From the NCBI GenBank assembly GCA_029564595.1, contig JAKQPS010000018.1, positions 10,159-74,158 of the forward strand: DNA of 64,000 nt, given 5' to 3'. This DNA comes from a bacterium. GTDB lineage: Bacteria; UBP15; UBA6099. How positions within the stretch are numbered: the stretch's first letter is position 1; every line of letters starts with the position of its first letter. A program made the position numbers and the translations under genes. The notes under the pieces are model-generated. The model searched no databases and was not told the origin of the DNA. It was given only the letters and a program-made list of their open reading frames with translations. Shown one piece after another: positions 18,291-27,574 of the stretch.

Positions 18291-19274
18291 TTGCGCGGCG
18301 GAGACGGAATGTTCGGAATCTGCGCGGCATCCATAAGGGTAGGAACCATAAGGCGAGCGCTGGCCGCCGCGGCGGCGGTTTTGCTTTTCGCGGCGTCTTC
18401 AGCCGCCGCGGACACGGATAAAATTTCTTTCGACTTTCCCCTTCCGCCGTCCCTTCTCGGCGAAGGCTCTTCTCTTATCAACAAGCATCTTAGAGCGTTT
18501 CAATCCGCGTTGAAATCGGAAGCCGAGATAGAAATCAAGTTCGTCACGGACACTGATTCATGGGACAAGGTTATAGCGCGGCTTGAAACCGAACACACGG
18601 ATTTCGCGTGGATGCCGCCTTATTACTACGCGCGCGCGCGATATTTCAACCCGAAATCTTCCATCCGGCCTCTTGTCATTTACAAATCAGGCTCATCAAT
18701 CAGGTCGCCTTCCTGCATTTACGTCAGGAAGGACAGCGGACACAAGAACATGCAGGACATTATGGCCGGCCGCGTCCATCTCCCTGATGAATCCGCTTGG
18801 GCCGTTCTGAACGGCATTTTCGCGGACGACCCCGAACTTTCGAAATACAAAATCGATCCGACAATCTTTTTCACCGGGTTCAAAGTTTTAAACCGGGAAT
18901 CATCCGCCCGCGCTCTCATGTTCAAAACCACGGACGCCATCGTTCTCGAGCCGGAGTATCTTAAACACATCGTCTACGGAAACAAGCCTCTTGCGGACGG
19001 CATCGTTCCGCTCGTCTGCTCAAAACCGTTGCCGAATGTCATTATAGTCTATCGAAAAGACATGGATGAAAGGCTGGTGGAATCTCTAAGGCTGGTTCTG
19101 ACCAACATGCACACTTACGAATCTTTCAAGAGCCTCCGCCATTACTTTAGAATTTCGAAAGGGATGTGGACGGACGCGGCGCACGAAGACCTGAAGCCGT
19201 GGATCGACCTTCACAAGGAAGCCGTCGCCGGCGATTGGGAAAATTCATACAGGAAAACTGTTCTCGGAAAATAA
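18291..19274 (+). CDS. Periplasmic substrate-binding protein, phosphate/phosphonate (PhnD-like) fold
   Basis: Signal peptide, DFAWMPPYYY, IYVRKDSG, SKPLPN..IVYRKD; no cognate permease nearby; start may be 18309. Confidence 0.6.
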   Translation: MRGGDGMFGICAASIRVGTIRRALAAAAAVLLFAASSAAADTDKISFDFPLPPSLLGEGSSLINKHLRAFQSALKSEAEIEIKFVTDTDSWDKVIARLETEHTDFAWMPPYYYARARYFNPKSSIRPLVIYKSGSSIRSPSCIYVRKDSGHKNMQDIMAGRVHLPDESAWAVLNGIFADDPELSKYKIDPTIFFTGFKVLNRESSARALMFKTTDAIVLEPEYLKHIVYGNKPLADGIVPLVCSKPLPNVIIVYRKDMDERLVESLRLVLTNMHTYESFKSLRHYFRISKGMWTDAAHEDLKPWIDLHKEAVAGDWENSYRKTVLGK

Positions 19275-19396
19275 CCAGAAGACCGCGGCATAATCAAACA
19301 CGTTCGGCATACAAACGTCGACACATTTCAACCCGCGTTCAAATTCAACCGCGAAGAAACACGCCTATTCCGGATTTCTCATTCGAGAAACACGAA

Positions 19397-20560
19397 CTAT
19401 TTCTTTTGTTTCGGATTTTTGAAGGCTTTCTTGCCGTACAGTTTTTTCAACTCCGGATTAGCCAGAGCGTTCCGCTTCAACTCCGCGGCAAGCGCCTCCC
19501 TCTTGTCCAACAGCCTTTTAAGCGGCTTCTCCCCGACGCTTTCCATCACGTATCTGCTCAACAGAGGGAAAGTAATCGAGGCGCAGGAGTAAACCACTGT
19601 CTGATTGACGGTTTGCCCCTTCACCTTGCCCCAAGATTTCGCCTCCTGAGGCGTGGCTCCCGATAGGCCGCCCCACTGCGGCGTGTCGGTTGTTAGTTGG
19701 ATAAAATAGTCGTGCCCGCCGATGTCGTCTTTCAGTATCTGCCACAGCGTGGGCTGCGTCTGAAGATAGAAATTCTTCGGCGAGCCTCCGCCCACTATCA
19801 CAACTCCGTTCTTCTTTCCCTGCCTCACTATCGCCGTCGTCTCAACAACATCCATCACGGGGTCCACCACAATCCTTTTTCCCATGAAATACGGCAGTAT
19901 CATGTTCATCGCTATGGAGGAATCTCCGGGGGACGAAGTGTAGATGGGCACGCCGTATGTGACCGCTTGGGCGACCAGAGATTTTTCCGGGAACGGCGCG
20001 TCTTTCAGAACTTTTTCTCCCAACAGTTTGTGCAGGGAAGCGGATGAAACAGGGCCTTTGAATTTGTGCTCGAACGACGCGTCCAAAACCATCGCGTCGG
20101 TTGGCAGCAGCGTGTCGTCGTCCATTATGTAAGTGTCGTATATCCTAGCGATGCCGCGCTTGTTCAGGAGCGCGTCGTCCACATGCGGAGATCCCTGAAT
20201 GACCGGAAAATTAAACGCCCTGTGAAAATCGTGATAAAGATTCGCGCCGGTGGAAATTATCACATCCACGAGGCCGCGCTTCATCAGTTCTATTATCGGG
20301 CCGCTCATTCCTATGGGAGTCATCGCTCCGGCCAGCGTCAGGGCGATGGTCGCCCCGCTCTCCGCCATCCGCCTGTATATGTCGCAAGCCTCGCCGAGCC
20401 TTCTGGCGTTGTATCCCGAAGCTCCAAACACATCGTCTATGAACTTTTTTACAGAGCCTTCCGCCATCACGTCCAACGGCTCTATCATTCGCCCGTGGTA
20501 GTTCCGGCATTTCTTTCTCTCTTTGTATTTCTTTCCATCCTTGCTCTTTGTGTCAGCCAT
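19397..20560 (-). CDS. Deoxyhypusine synthase-like protein (probable homospermidine synthase type)
   Basis: AGAMTPIG, ISTGANLYHD, SPGDSS, GGGSPKNF, GGLSGATPQEAKSWGK; ORF extends to 20626. Confidence 0.9.
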   Translation of the reverse strand: MADTKSKDGKKYKERKKCRNYHGRMIEPLDVMAEGSVKKFIDDVFGASGYNARRLGEACDIYRRMAESGATIALTLAGAMTPIGMSGPIIELMKRGLVDVIISTGANLYHDFHRAFNFPVIQGSPHVDDALLNKRGIARIYDTYIMDDDTLLPTDAMVLDASFEHKFKGPVSSASLHKLLGEKVLKDAPFPEKSLVAQAVTYGVPIYTSSPGDSSIAMNMILPYFMGKRIVVDPVMDVVETTAIVRQGKKNGVVIVGGGSPKNFYLQTQPTLWQILKDDIGGHDYFIQLTTDTPQWGGLSGATPQEAKSWGKVKGQTVNQTVVYSCASITFPLLSRYVMESVGEKPLKRLLDKREALAAELKRNALANPELKKLYGKKAFKNPKQKK

Positions 20561-20622
20561 TATGCATGCGTCCTCTGATGATTTTGAAACTGCCGCGCCT
20601 CGCTTCCATTCGACCGCTTCGG

Positions 20623-21552
20623 TCAACCCTCATCTTCCTTAGCCGATCCTTCCAATCCTCTTAAAAACGCCACGCTTTCACAGACAGCCGATTCCTCCCG
20701 CTCGACCTGCCACGGCGGCAGGTTGCACTCTATGGAGAACAGGCCGTCGTACATTCTGTCCCTGAGTATCTCGACTATCTTGGGTATGTCTATTTCGCCC
20801 TGTCCGAGAGGCGATCCCAGCAGCATCGGCCCTGTGTGTTTCAAGTCCTTAATATGCGTGTATGCCGCGTAAGGAGCCAGCCTCTCGGCGGTCAGCACGG
20901 GGTCCTCGCCGAGGAACAGCGCGTTCCCTGTGTCCAGCGTCACCATGAAGCTCTCGCTGTCCACTGCGTGAACTATCTGAAGCATTTCTCTCATCGTGTA
21001 ATCAGAGTGGTTCTCCAAAGCGACGGTAAGCCCTTCGAGCGACGCGTCCCTCGTGAACAACTTCAACCTTCGCGATACCTCTTTGATTTCCGCCTCTCGG
21101 TCCGTCACCAGATGAAACGGCTTGTGAAACATGTTAGGGATGATAAGCCCGCCGTAAACCCTCACTATGTCCGCTCCGAACTCGTGCGCGAGGTCGAACA
21201 TCTCGTTTTTCATCTTTTCCATCGCCTGAAATATCACTTCAGGCAGCGAGAACGGCAAGCCGAATCCGAAAACCAACTCAAGACCGGATTCTCTCAGTTT
21301 GTCCCTAATCTCCTCGGGATTCTTGCGCATTTCCCGTTTCATCATGAAATAATCGAAACCCACGCCGTCCAGCTTCAGTTCGGCTGCCTTGTCGACAACA
21401 TCCATCAAAGTCATTTTGCCAAGCAGCATCGAGTTATGAAAACACCACTCGTCCAGCCCGATTTTCATCGCGGGAAGCGCGTATTCTTCTTCCTCGACTT
21501 CTAGCGATTCATCAAGAGCGGTCTCCTGCCGTTCGATTTCTTCAAGCGTCAT
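20623..21552 (-). CDS. Sugar phosphate isomerase/epimerase (xylose isomerase-like TIM barrel)
   Basis: ALENH, LDTGN, THIKD, SIE metal-binding motifs. Confidence 0.85.
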   Translation of the reverse strand: MTLEEIERQETALDESLEVEEEEYALPAMKIGLDEWCFHNSMLLGKMTLMDVVDKAAELKLDGVGFDYFMMKREMRKNPEEIRDKLRESGLELVFGFGLPFSLPEVIFQAMEKMKNEMFDLAHEFGADIVRVYGGLIIPNMFHKPFHLVTDREAEIKEVSRRLKLFTRDASLEGLTVALENHSDYTMREMLQIVHAVDSESFMVTLDTGNALFLGEDPVLTAERLAPYAAYTHIKDLKHTGPMLLGSPLGQGEIDIPKIVEILRDRMYDGLFSIECNLPPWQVEREESAVCESVAFLRGLEGSAKEDEG

Positions 21553-21713
21553 TGCGCCTCTCCATGTTCGCGCGCCGGGATTTGTCCGGCAAAATTATTT
21601 GCTCATGTTAACACATAGGCATCAACCAGTCAAACCGGCGGTCTATTGATATTCATCCTTGTTCATTGCGGACAAGCGATATTTTTGCCAATTCAGGTTC
21701 GCCAAAATAAAGA

Positions 21714-21747
21714 AAACCGCGGCGTCCATGTCGGTCCGCCGCGGTTT
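21714..21747 (-). terminator. Intrinsic terminator downstream of the 1402-aa gene
   Basis: 11-bp stem AAACCGCGGCG/CGCCGCGGTTT with T-rich tail on the minus strand. Confidence 0.7.
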
Positions 21748-21789
21748 GAAATTCGAATCTGACTTAATTACGCGCTCCCGCTGCCGGCG

Positions 21790-24700
21790 TCACGGAGTTC
21801 TTCTGTCGAACTCGGGGTCGCACAACATTGTGCTTGCCGACACCGGAACGGATTTTCCGAAGTTCTTCTTAAGAACGGCGAGGTCGGGCATGCCGATTTT
21901 TCCATTCATATCGAAGTCGACCGCGGGGTGGTACTTAGCGTCGCCGACTTGAGTGCCGAACCTGTATTTGAGAGGATTCATGTTGGGCATACCCACCGTC
22001 GGGCTGCAAGTCGGGTTGCCGACATCGCCTCCGCCCGCCGTGGCGGCGTCGGGCGCGGTTACGCCAGTTACGGCTGTCGCTGCCGTGGCGCTCAGAGTTC
22101 CCGCCGCAACAAGAGTCACAACGCATTCTCCCGCAGGCGCGCCCGCCGCGCATCCCATCAAGCCTGACGCGCTTTGATCCCACGTTCCTTCAGTGAATCT
22201 TACCTGCACGACATACTGCTTCGTCGGGTCCACGCAATCGGCGCATGTTCCGCTCCTCAATCTGAATGTCGGTATCTCTCCGTCATTGTCCGTTGTCGCT
22301 GTTTTGACAATCGCTTTTGTCGTATTATCCACCACTTCAATAGTAACGCCGGGAACTCCAACGGACGCCTTCTTGAAACCTGTCGCCTGCCCCGTCGCTA
22401 CCAAGCATCCGGCGTCCCCGCTGTTGCATGTCTGTATCTCATAAGCGGTAATCGGAGTGTTAAGCGCTATCTCCACCGGACAAGCCTCGGGGTCTATCAT
22501 GCAAGCGTCCTGCGTGTCCAATCTTACGGCATTTCCCGACATCGCTATCTGTGATTCTCCGCATGAGACTCCGGTGTAGCTGACGCCGAAATAGTAGTTG
22601 CCTGAGGATGTGACGGGAATGTTCGCGAAAGTTCTCGGCTCCTGCCCCAATTGCCTGTCATATTCGCCCGCAATCGGCGTAGATGACGTCAGCCTTCCGT
22701 AAGGGGTCAAGCAGGACGCCGGGTCCGAGCTGGTGCAAAGATACACATGGTATCCGGCTCCCATCCCGTCGTCGGCTGAGGAATTGGTCCATCCGGCCCT
22801 AGCCCCGAAATACGACGGCGCTATCTCGAATCCTTCTACCGCAGTCGGCACCGCACACTTGTCTGACGGATAACAATGGCCGCAGTTCGAAAGATCGGAT
22901 GCCGAGTAAATGGAACTCGTGTTTGCGCTAGGATCCTTTGCGGTCGCGCAATAAATGTAATCCGTATCTGACGTTACGTTTTCATCCATGTAGTTCAGCG
23001 TTGACAAAGAAGAGGTCGTAATCTTGGTGAAACTTCCTGCGGAGGCGCATGTTGCGAATTTTCCTTGGCATCTGTAAACATCGTAAGTGACGGGATTTTT
23101 ATCAGTCACGGCGGTCCAAGTCGGAGTGCATGAGAACGAGTCGAACGGAATAGGCTCAATCATTTCCGGCTTACCGGGAGGAGTGGTGTCAAGCGGGGTG
23201 CAAATTACGGCTACGGATGTCGGCGGCACCGTGCTGGCGCGGGAGAATTTGTCAAACATATTGTAAGCGTACGCTCTGTAGCAGTATGGCGTGCCATTGA
23301 CAAGAGCAGAGCTTGAATGATTGAATTCCGTGTCGCCGCCGGCCATGACTGTTCTGATAGGAGTGCCGCCGCCGGGTGTGGGCAACGTTGTGCATCCGCC
23401 TGACACTGACTCGGTGTGCATTATCTTATAACCCACAAGTTCGTCGGGTGTCGGATAATCGCAGTTTGCGAAAGGCCCGCCGCCGTCGCCCTCGTCGGCG
23501 CATACCTGACTCCAAGTCAGCACACATGTCTGTCCTGTCGGGTCAGCCGTCACAACCTGATTCTCGGGCCACAACGGGGCGACGTCTGGAACGACCGATG
23601 TTATCGTGATACATTTCCGATATTGATAGATAGTGGCGAATGCGCTGCAGTTGGCCCCCGTATTGGACGGGCATGTGCTTGCCGTCTTGCAATTGTCGCA
23701 AGCCTCAACCCAGAAACACCACTCTTGGTCCGTGCTTCCGAACGCGGTGTCGTTTGATAGAGACATCGGATTGAGCACAGCCGGATGCGCGATGAGACTT
23801 CCGTTCAACTTTGAGTAACCCACAGGCAGTCCGCCGCTATCCTCTCCGCATGAGGATGGGGTCGCTTTCTGACAGTAATAGACGTTGTAACCGCCGCCGA
23901 GCATGTCGTCATCGGCGCTGGGTTCCCAGTTGACAACCACGCCGTATTTTCCCATTTGAAGAACGACCGAAGGCTCTATCTTGCTGGGCGGCTTCAAGTC
24001 TTCGGGGATGCAGCTCGTGGGCGTCCAACTCGATTTATTGTCGCCGACATCTATAGCCCTGACTTCATAACTGTACGTAGTCGCGTTTATGAGATCCGGA
24101 TCGTCAAATGAGTTGGGAAGAATTGCGGTGGTGTTCAACTGAACTCCGCCTCTTCTAATGTCGAAACCGTAAAGAGACGGGTCGGACGCCTTGTCCGCAA
24201 CCCAAGTGCAGTAACATTTTTCTTCCTGCCCGGAAGGCGTGCCGCAGTCGAAACTTGTGGGAGCCGCCGGGGCCACCCAGTCTTCCGGCGTGCATATTGC
24301 GGATGTCCATTGCGCTTGAACAGTTTCCTGATTGCCGGGTTCCGCCGTTGAGTTGAACGAAGAGAAGTAAAAGTATCTCGGATTACCGTTCAACTGATTG
24401 CCGGAACTGGGAATGTTATAAGTTTTGTTGTACAGGGCCGAGCTGTTTTCCGGGAAATTGCTTGCTCCGGACAGCGCGCCGACAAGAGTAGCGGTCGCCT
24501 TGTCGTCAACAGTGTTGTAGTAAACGTTATAGTAACTCGTGAACGATTTGTCCGGGGACGGAAGTATCTCGAAATTGCAGTTGTTTCCGCCCGGGGGAAT
24601 AGTCGTTCCCTGTTTGATACAGGTGGAGGTGGTTCCCACGCCGCCCGTCTGGCATGTGGACGATTTTAGAATCGGAGGAGCCGGTTTTCCCGGAGGAGCT

Positions 24701-25998
24701 ACGGTAACGGACCTGTTTTCCTTAAGCATATCCAGACCGGGCGTGAGGTCGACCGCGAAGAACGGCGTGCCGCCGGACAACTGAATCTTTCCGGTCAGGA
24801 ACACCATCGTCGTGCTTTTGCTTGTCGAGCCGATAATTGATTTCCCGTTGGGAAGCGAATTCTTGGCGATAAACCTAAGCTCGCTGTTGGTGTATCCTAT
24901 CTTCAGTTTTGTTTCAGTGTCTGTTCCCACGACGAGTTTGCATGCCAACGGGTCCGGAGTGTTCGGGTTGGTGACGCAGTCGCCGTTCCAGAGAACTTTT
25001 GCGAGGTTCGGGTCTATAGCTTCCGCTTTCGGAGCGAAAGATACCGCAAATGCGTTCGGGAAATAAACGTCTGCCGGGTTCGGGTCCGCTATATCCGGGT
25101 TGAAGAAAATCATTAGATAGCCTTCGATTGCTCCCGAACCGGATTGAGGCGGCTGTCCGCCCAGCTTTATTTTCGTGCAAACCACATCGTCCGTCGGCAG
25201 TTCTCCGTATCCTTTTCCGGAGCTGGCAGAGTAGCCTCCGATATCAAGTATCTGCCACCCAGAGACTACGGACTGGTCTCCGTTCGCGTCCGGCTCGCCG
25301 CAAGTGTCTCCAGTGGGGTCGTTGACGGAATAAGTCGTTCCGCAAGAAGGAGAACCGGTCTGGTTGTTCGAGCAACGCTCATAGCTGGACATCATGGTGC
25401 AGTTGTTCGTCGCCGCTGTTTCATAGTAGTTGTTCCATGATGTTATGCTTGTGCATGACGCGTTATCGGGGCTTGGAAGCTGGGAAGTGACGTTTCCTCT
25501 GCCGTCCACCGCCACGATGTAGTACGTGACAATATCCCCGACAACCGCCGTGCTAAGATCGACTTGGCCTTCGAATTTTCCAGTGTCGGAGTTATAGGAC
25601 ATCGTCACCGGCGGTCTTGTGGCGGAAACCTCGTTAATATAGTAATACAGTTTAGGGTTTCCCTGCTTCAGACAGTTTCCCGTTCCGTTCGGGTTGGGAA
25701 TGCAAGGTGGATTGGGCACAACGGTTGGGTCGGCCCTTCCCCACCATTCCGCCATTGCGCAGTCTTTCTGGTCGCAGTCCTCGCCGCAACAGGCCTGCAT
25801 CTGTTCCTGTCCTTCGATGGTCGCGTACACCGTCATTACGGCGCCCTGCACAGCCGAAGAGTTTACTATCGCCGAAATCTTTGGCGTCTTCGGAATGGTT
25901 GGGATGTCAAACTCGAATTTGACATCATCCGCTATTGCTCCGCAGCTCAACAGAACCGCAAGCGCCAGCGCCGCTCCTGCTATTCGTATTCTTTTCAT
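21790..25998 (-). CDS. Large secreted Cys-rich protein with multiple fibronectin type III-like modules and C-terminal dockerin-like EF-hand
   Basis: Signal peptide; repeated W...Y(N/D)(V/I)Y...YxYxxxAxD modules; C-terminal DFDMNGKIGMPDLAVLKKNFG. Confidence 0.75.
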   Translation of the reverse strand: MKRIRIAGAALALAVLLSCGAIADDVKFEFDIPTIPKTPKISAIVNSSAVQGAVMTVYATIEGQEQMQACCGEDCDQKDCAMAEWWGRADPTVVPNPPCIPNPNGTGNCLKQGNPKLYYYINEVSATRPPVTMSYNSDTGKFEGQVDLSTAVVGDIVTYYIVAVDGRGNVTSQLPSPDNASCTSITSWNNYYETAATNNCTMMSSYERCSNNQTGSPSCGTTYSVNDPTGDTCGEPDANGDQSVVSGWQILDIGGYSASSGKGYGELPTDDVVCTKIKLGGQPPQSGSGAIEGYLMIFFNPDIADPNPADVYFPNAFAVSFAPKAEAIDPNLAKVLWNGDCVTNPNTPDPLACKLVVGTDTETKLKIGYTNSELRFIAKNSLPNGKSIIGSTSKSTTMVFLTGKIQLSGGTPFFAVDLTPGLDMLKENRSVTVAPPGKPAPPILKSSTCQTGGVGTTSTCIKQGTTIPPGGNNCNFEILPSPDKSFTSYYNVYYNTVDDKATATLVGALSGASNFPENSSALYNKTYNIPSSGNQLNGNPRYFYFSSFNSTAEPGNQETVQAQWTSAICTPEDWVAPAAPTSFDCGTPSGQEEKCYCTWVADKASDPSLYGFDIRRGGVQLNTTAILPNSFDDPDLINATTYSYEVRAIDVGDNKSSWTPTSCIPEDLKPPSKIEPSVVLQMGKYGVVVNWEPSADDDMLGGGYNVYYCQKATPSSCGEDSGGLPVGYSKLNGSLIAHPAVLNPMSLSNDTAFGSTDQEWCFWVEACDNCKTASTCPSNTGANCSAFATIYQYRKCITITSVVPDVAPLWPENQVVTADPTGQTCVLTWSQVCADEGDGGGPFANCDYPTPDELVGYKIMHTESVSGGCTTLPTPGGGTPIRTVMAGGDTEFNHSSSALVNGTPYCYRAYAYNMFDKFSRASTVPPTSVAVICTPLDTTPPGKPEMIEPIPFDSFSCTPTWTAVTDKNPVTYDVYRCQGKFATCASAGSFTKITTSSLSTLNYMDENVTSDTDYIYCATAKDPSANTSSIYSASDLSNCGHCYPSDKCAVPTAVEGFEIAPSYFGARAGWTNSSADDGMGAGYHVYLCTSSDPASCLTPYGRLTSSTPIAGEYDRQLGQEPRTFANIPVTSSGNYYFGVSYTGVSCGESQIAMSGNAVRLDTQDACMIDPEACPVEIALNTPITAYEIQTCNSGDAGCLVATGQATGFKKASVGVPGVTIEVVDNTTKAIVKTATTDNDGEIPTFRLRSGTCADCVDPTKQYVVQVRFTEGTWDQSASGLMGCAAGAPAGECVVTLVAAGTLSATAATAVTGVTAPDAATAGGGDVGNPTCSPTVGMPNMNPLKYRFGTQVGDAKYHPAVDFDMNGKIGMPDLAVLKKNFGKSVPVSASTMLCDPEFDRRTP

Positions 25999-26047
25999 TT
26001 TCGTCTCCCCCGTTTCGTCTAAAAAAACGACTCCGCCTTATTCTATA

Positions 26048-26062
26048 GCAAAATTCTTGCCA
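26048..26062 (-). promoter_or_regulatory. Sigma54 (-24/-12) promoter of the 1402-aa gene
   Basis: Minus strand TGGCAAGAATTTTGC = GG-N10-GC, 50 bp upstream of start. Confidence 0.75.
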
Positions 26063-26152
26063 AAAACAAAGGATTTTCCATGTTTTAAAAGCGCTCTATT
26101 GTGCCTCATTGCTCCTAATCGTGCTGTTTGAAAATGCCTTTTTTTCTCCCAC

Positions 26153-26192
26153 CTGTGACTTTTTTGCGAATCGCCTGTGACTTTTTTGTCAC
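26153..26192 (-). promoter_or_regulatory. Putative tandem enhancer (bEBP) sites
   Basis: GTGACAAAAAAGTCACAGGCGATTCGCAAAAAAGTCACAG; 15-bp direct repeat with 22-bp period; 32/40 identical to 49659-49698. Confidence 0.7.
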
Positions 26193-27112
26193 TATATCTG
26201 GTTTATCAACAACGGTTTGTTCTCAATATATTCCTGATTGAAGTACATAAAAATCAGCACTTCCGTCCTTTTATCCTTCTCGATGTTCACTATTAATTTG
26301 TCGCATAGATAGCGTGTCAGATAGATGCCCCTGCCGCCCGAAGCTATGAGGTCTTCCGGGCTTGGATTGACGCCTTTGTTTATCTGGCTCAATACCTTTT
26401 CTTTTGAAAGCGAGCCGCTGGAATCGTTTATTACCACTATGAGTTTTTTATCGTCCGCCCCGTATTGAATCACCACTTCCTCGGTGTCTTTGAGGGCGAC
26501 GACTGAGCCTTTTTCATATCCGTAGGCGTGATAGATTGCGTTCGTGCCCATCTCAATGAGGCCGGTTTTCAGCCCGTAGAGTTTTTCCTCGTCTAGGTTG
26601 GGGCGCGCGAATTCGATTATGTCGTTGACGGCCGTCTTCAACATGGAAGTCTCTGTTATTTTAACTTTAACGATATTCGGAGAGCCTTCGAGGTAGTTGT
26701 CTATGCCGAAGATATTATTGCCGGTGATGAGGTTGTCCACCGTTCTGATAATCTCATCCGGGGGGTCCATCTTGCATATAATGTTGAAGACGCCTTTTTC
26801 GAGGGCCATCTTCATATAGTCGTCGATGTTGAATCCGGTAATCATCCCGGTGTTGATGCCGGGGTCGATTTTTTTGATGGCCTCAATCGTCTCGAAGCCG
26901 TCCATTCCGGGCATGTTGATATCTGTGAGCACGAACTGGAACAGGGGGTTGGGGTCTTCGCGGTCGGCTTCAAAAATTTTGACCGCCTCTTCCCCGGAAG
27001 CGGCAAAAACCGCGCTAAAATCTTCTTTTTTTGAAAAGATATCCTCAAAGAAGGCGCGGACCGACCTTGAGTCGTCCACAACTAAAATGTGTTTCTTTTC
27101 TAAGGTCATCAA
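26192..27112 (-). CDS. Response regulator receiver fused to RsbW/anti-sigma-like HATPase domain
   Basis: ILVVDD, TDINMPGMDG; C-terminal EMGTNAIYH and GGRGIYL. Confidence 0.85.
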   Translation of the reverse strand: MMTLEKKHILVVDDSRSVRAFFEDIFSKKEDFSAVFAASGEEAVKIFEADREDPNPLFQFVLTDINMPGMDGFETIEAIKKIDPGINTGMITGFNIDDYMKMALEKGVFNIICKMDPPDEIIRTVDNLITGNNIFGIDNYLEGSPNIVKVKITETSMLKTAVNDIIEFARPNLDEEKLYGLKTGLIEMGTNAIYHAYGYEKGSVVALKDTEEVVIQYGADDKKLIVVINDSSGSLSKEKVLSQINKGVNPSPEDLIASGGRGIYLTRYLCDKLIVNIEKDKRTEVLIFMYFNQEYIENKPLLINQI

Positions 27113-27200
27113 TATGAGATAATTCCGGGAGAAAAACCGGATGTCCCGTCAGGGAGCCGGAGCGGCGGAGCCGATTCCGGGAATCCCGGCGCTGTGATTG

Positions 27201-27503
27201 TCATCGCACAGTAATAATCTTGTCGAGCCTAGTGGCTTTCATCACCTTGCGGATGTCGCTGTTGATATTGGTGAGAACGAACTTTCCTCCCTTTTCGGAA
27301 ATGGCGGCGGCGATCTTGTTGAACATGCCGAGCGTCATGCTGTAGAGAGTCGTCACGTTGGACAGGTCGAGGGAAACCTCGGTCGCGCCCGCTTCGATCT
27401 CTTTGACTATCGCCGCTTCCACCTCTTTATAGTTGTCGAAGTGGATTTCCTCTTCCGGCTTGATGTTTACCCTTGCGCCGTCCCTTTCTATCATCAGTTC
27501 CAT
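27201..27503 (-). CDS. STAS-domain anti-sigma factor antagonist
   Basis: 100 aa; LDLSNVTTLYSMTLG, GGKFVLTNINSDIRKVMKATRLD. Confidence 0.85.
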   Translation of the reverse strand: MELMIERDGARVNIKPEEEIHFDNYKEVEAAIVKEIEAGATEVSLDLSNVTTLYSMTLGMFNKIAAAISEKGGKFVLTNINSDIRKVMKATRLDKIITVR

Positions 27504-27574
27504 TTTTCATTTCCTTTCTATATCGTTCCCGCGACTTTCATATCCTAAACAAAACCGGCGAAAAAAACAATCCG

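Noticed and set aside
19397-20560. Eukaryote-like hypusination in a bacterium
   Set aside because: Bacterial DHS-like proteins are common and characterised ones make polyamines such as homospermidine; no eIF5A-like substrate nearby.
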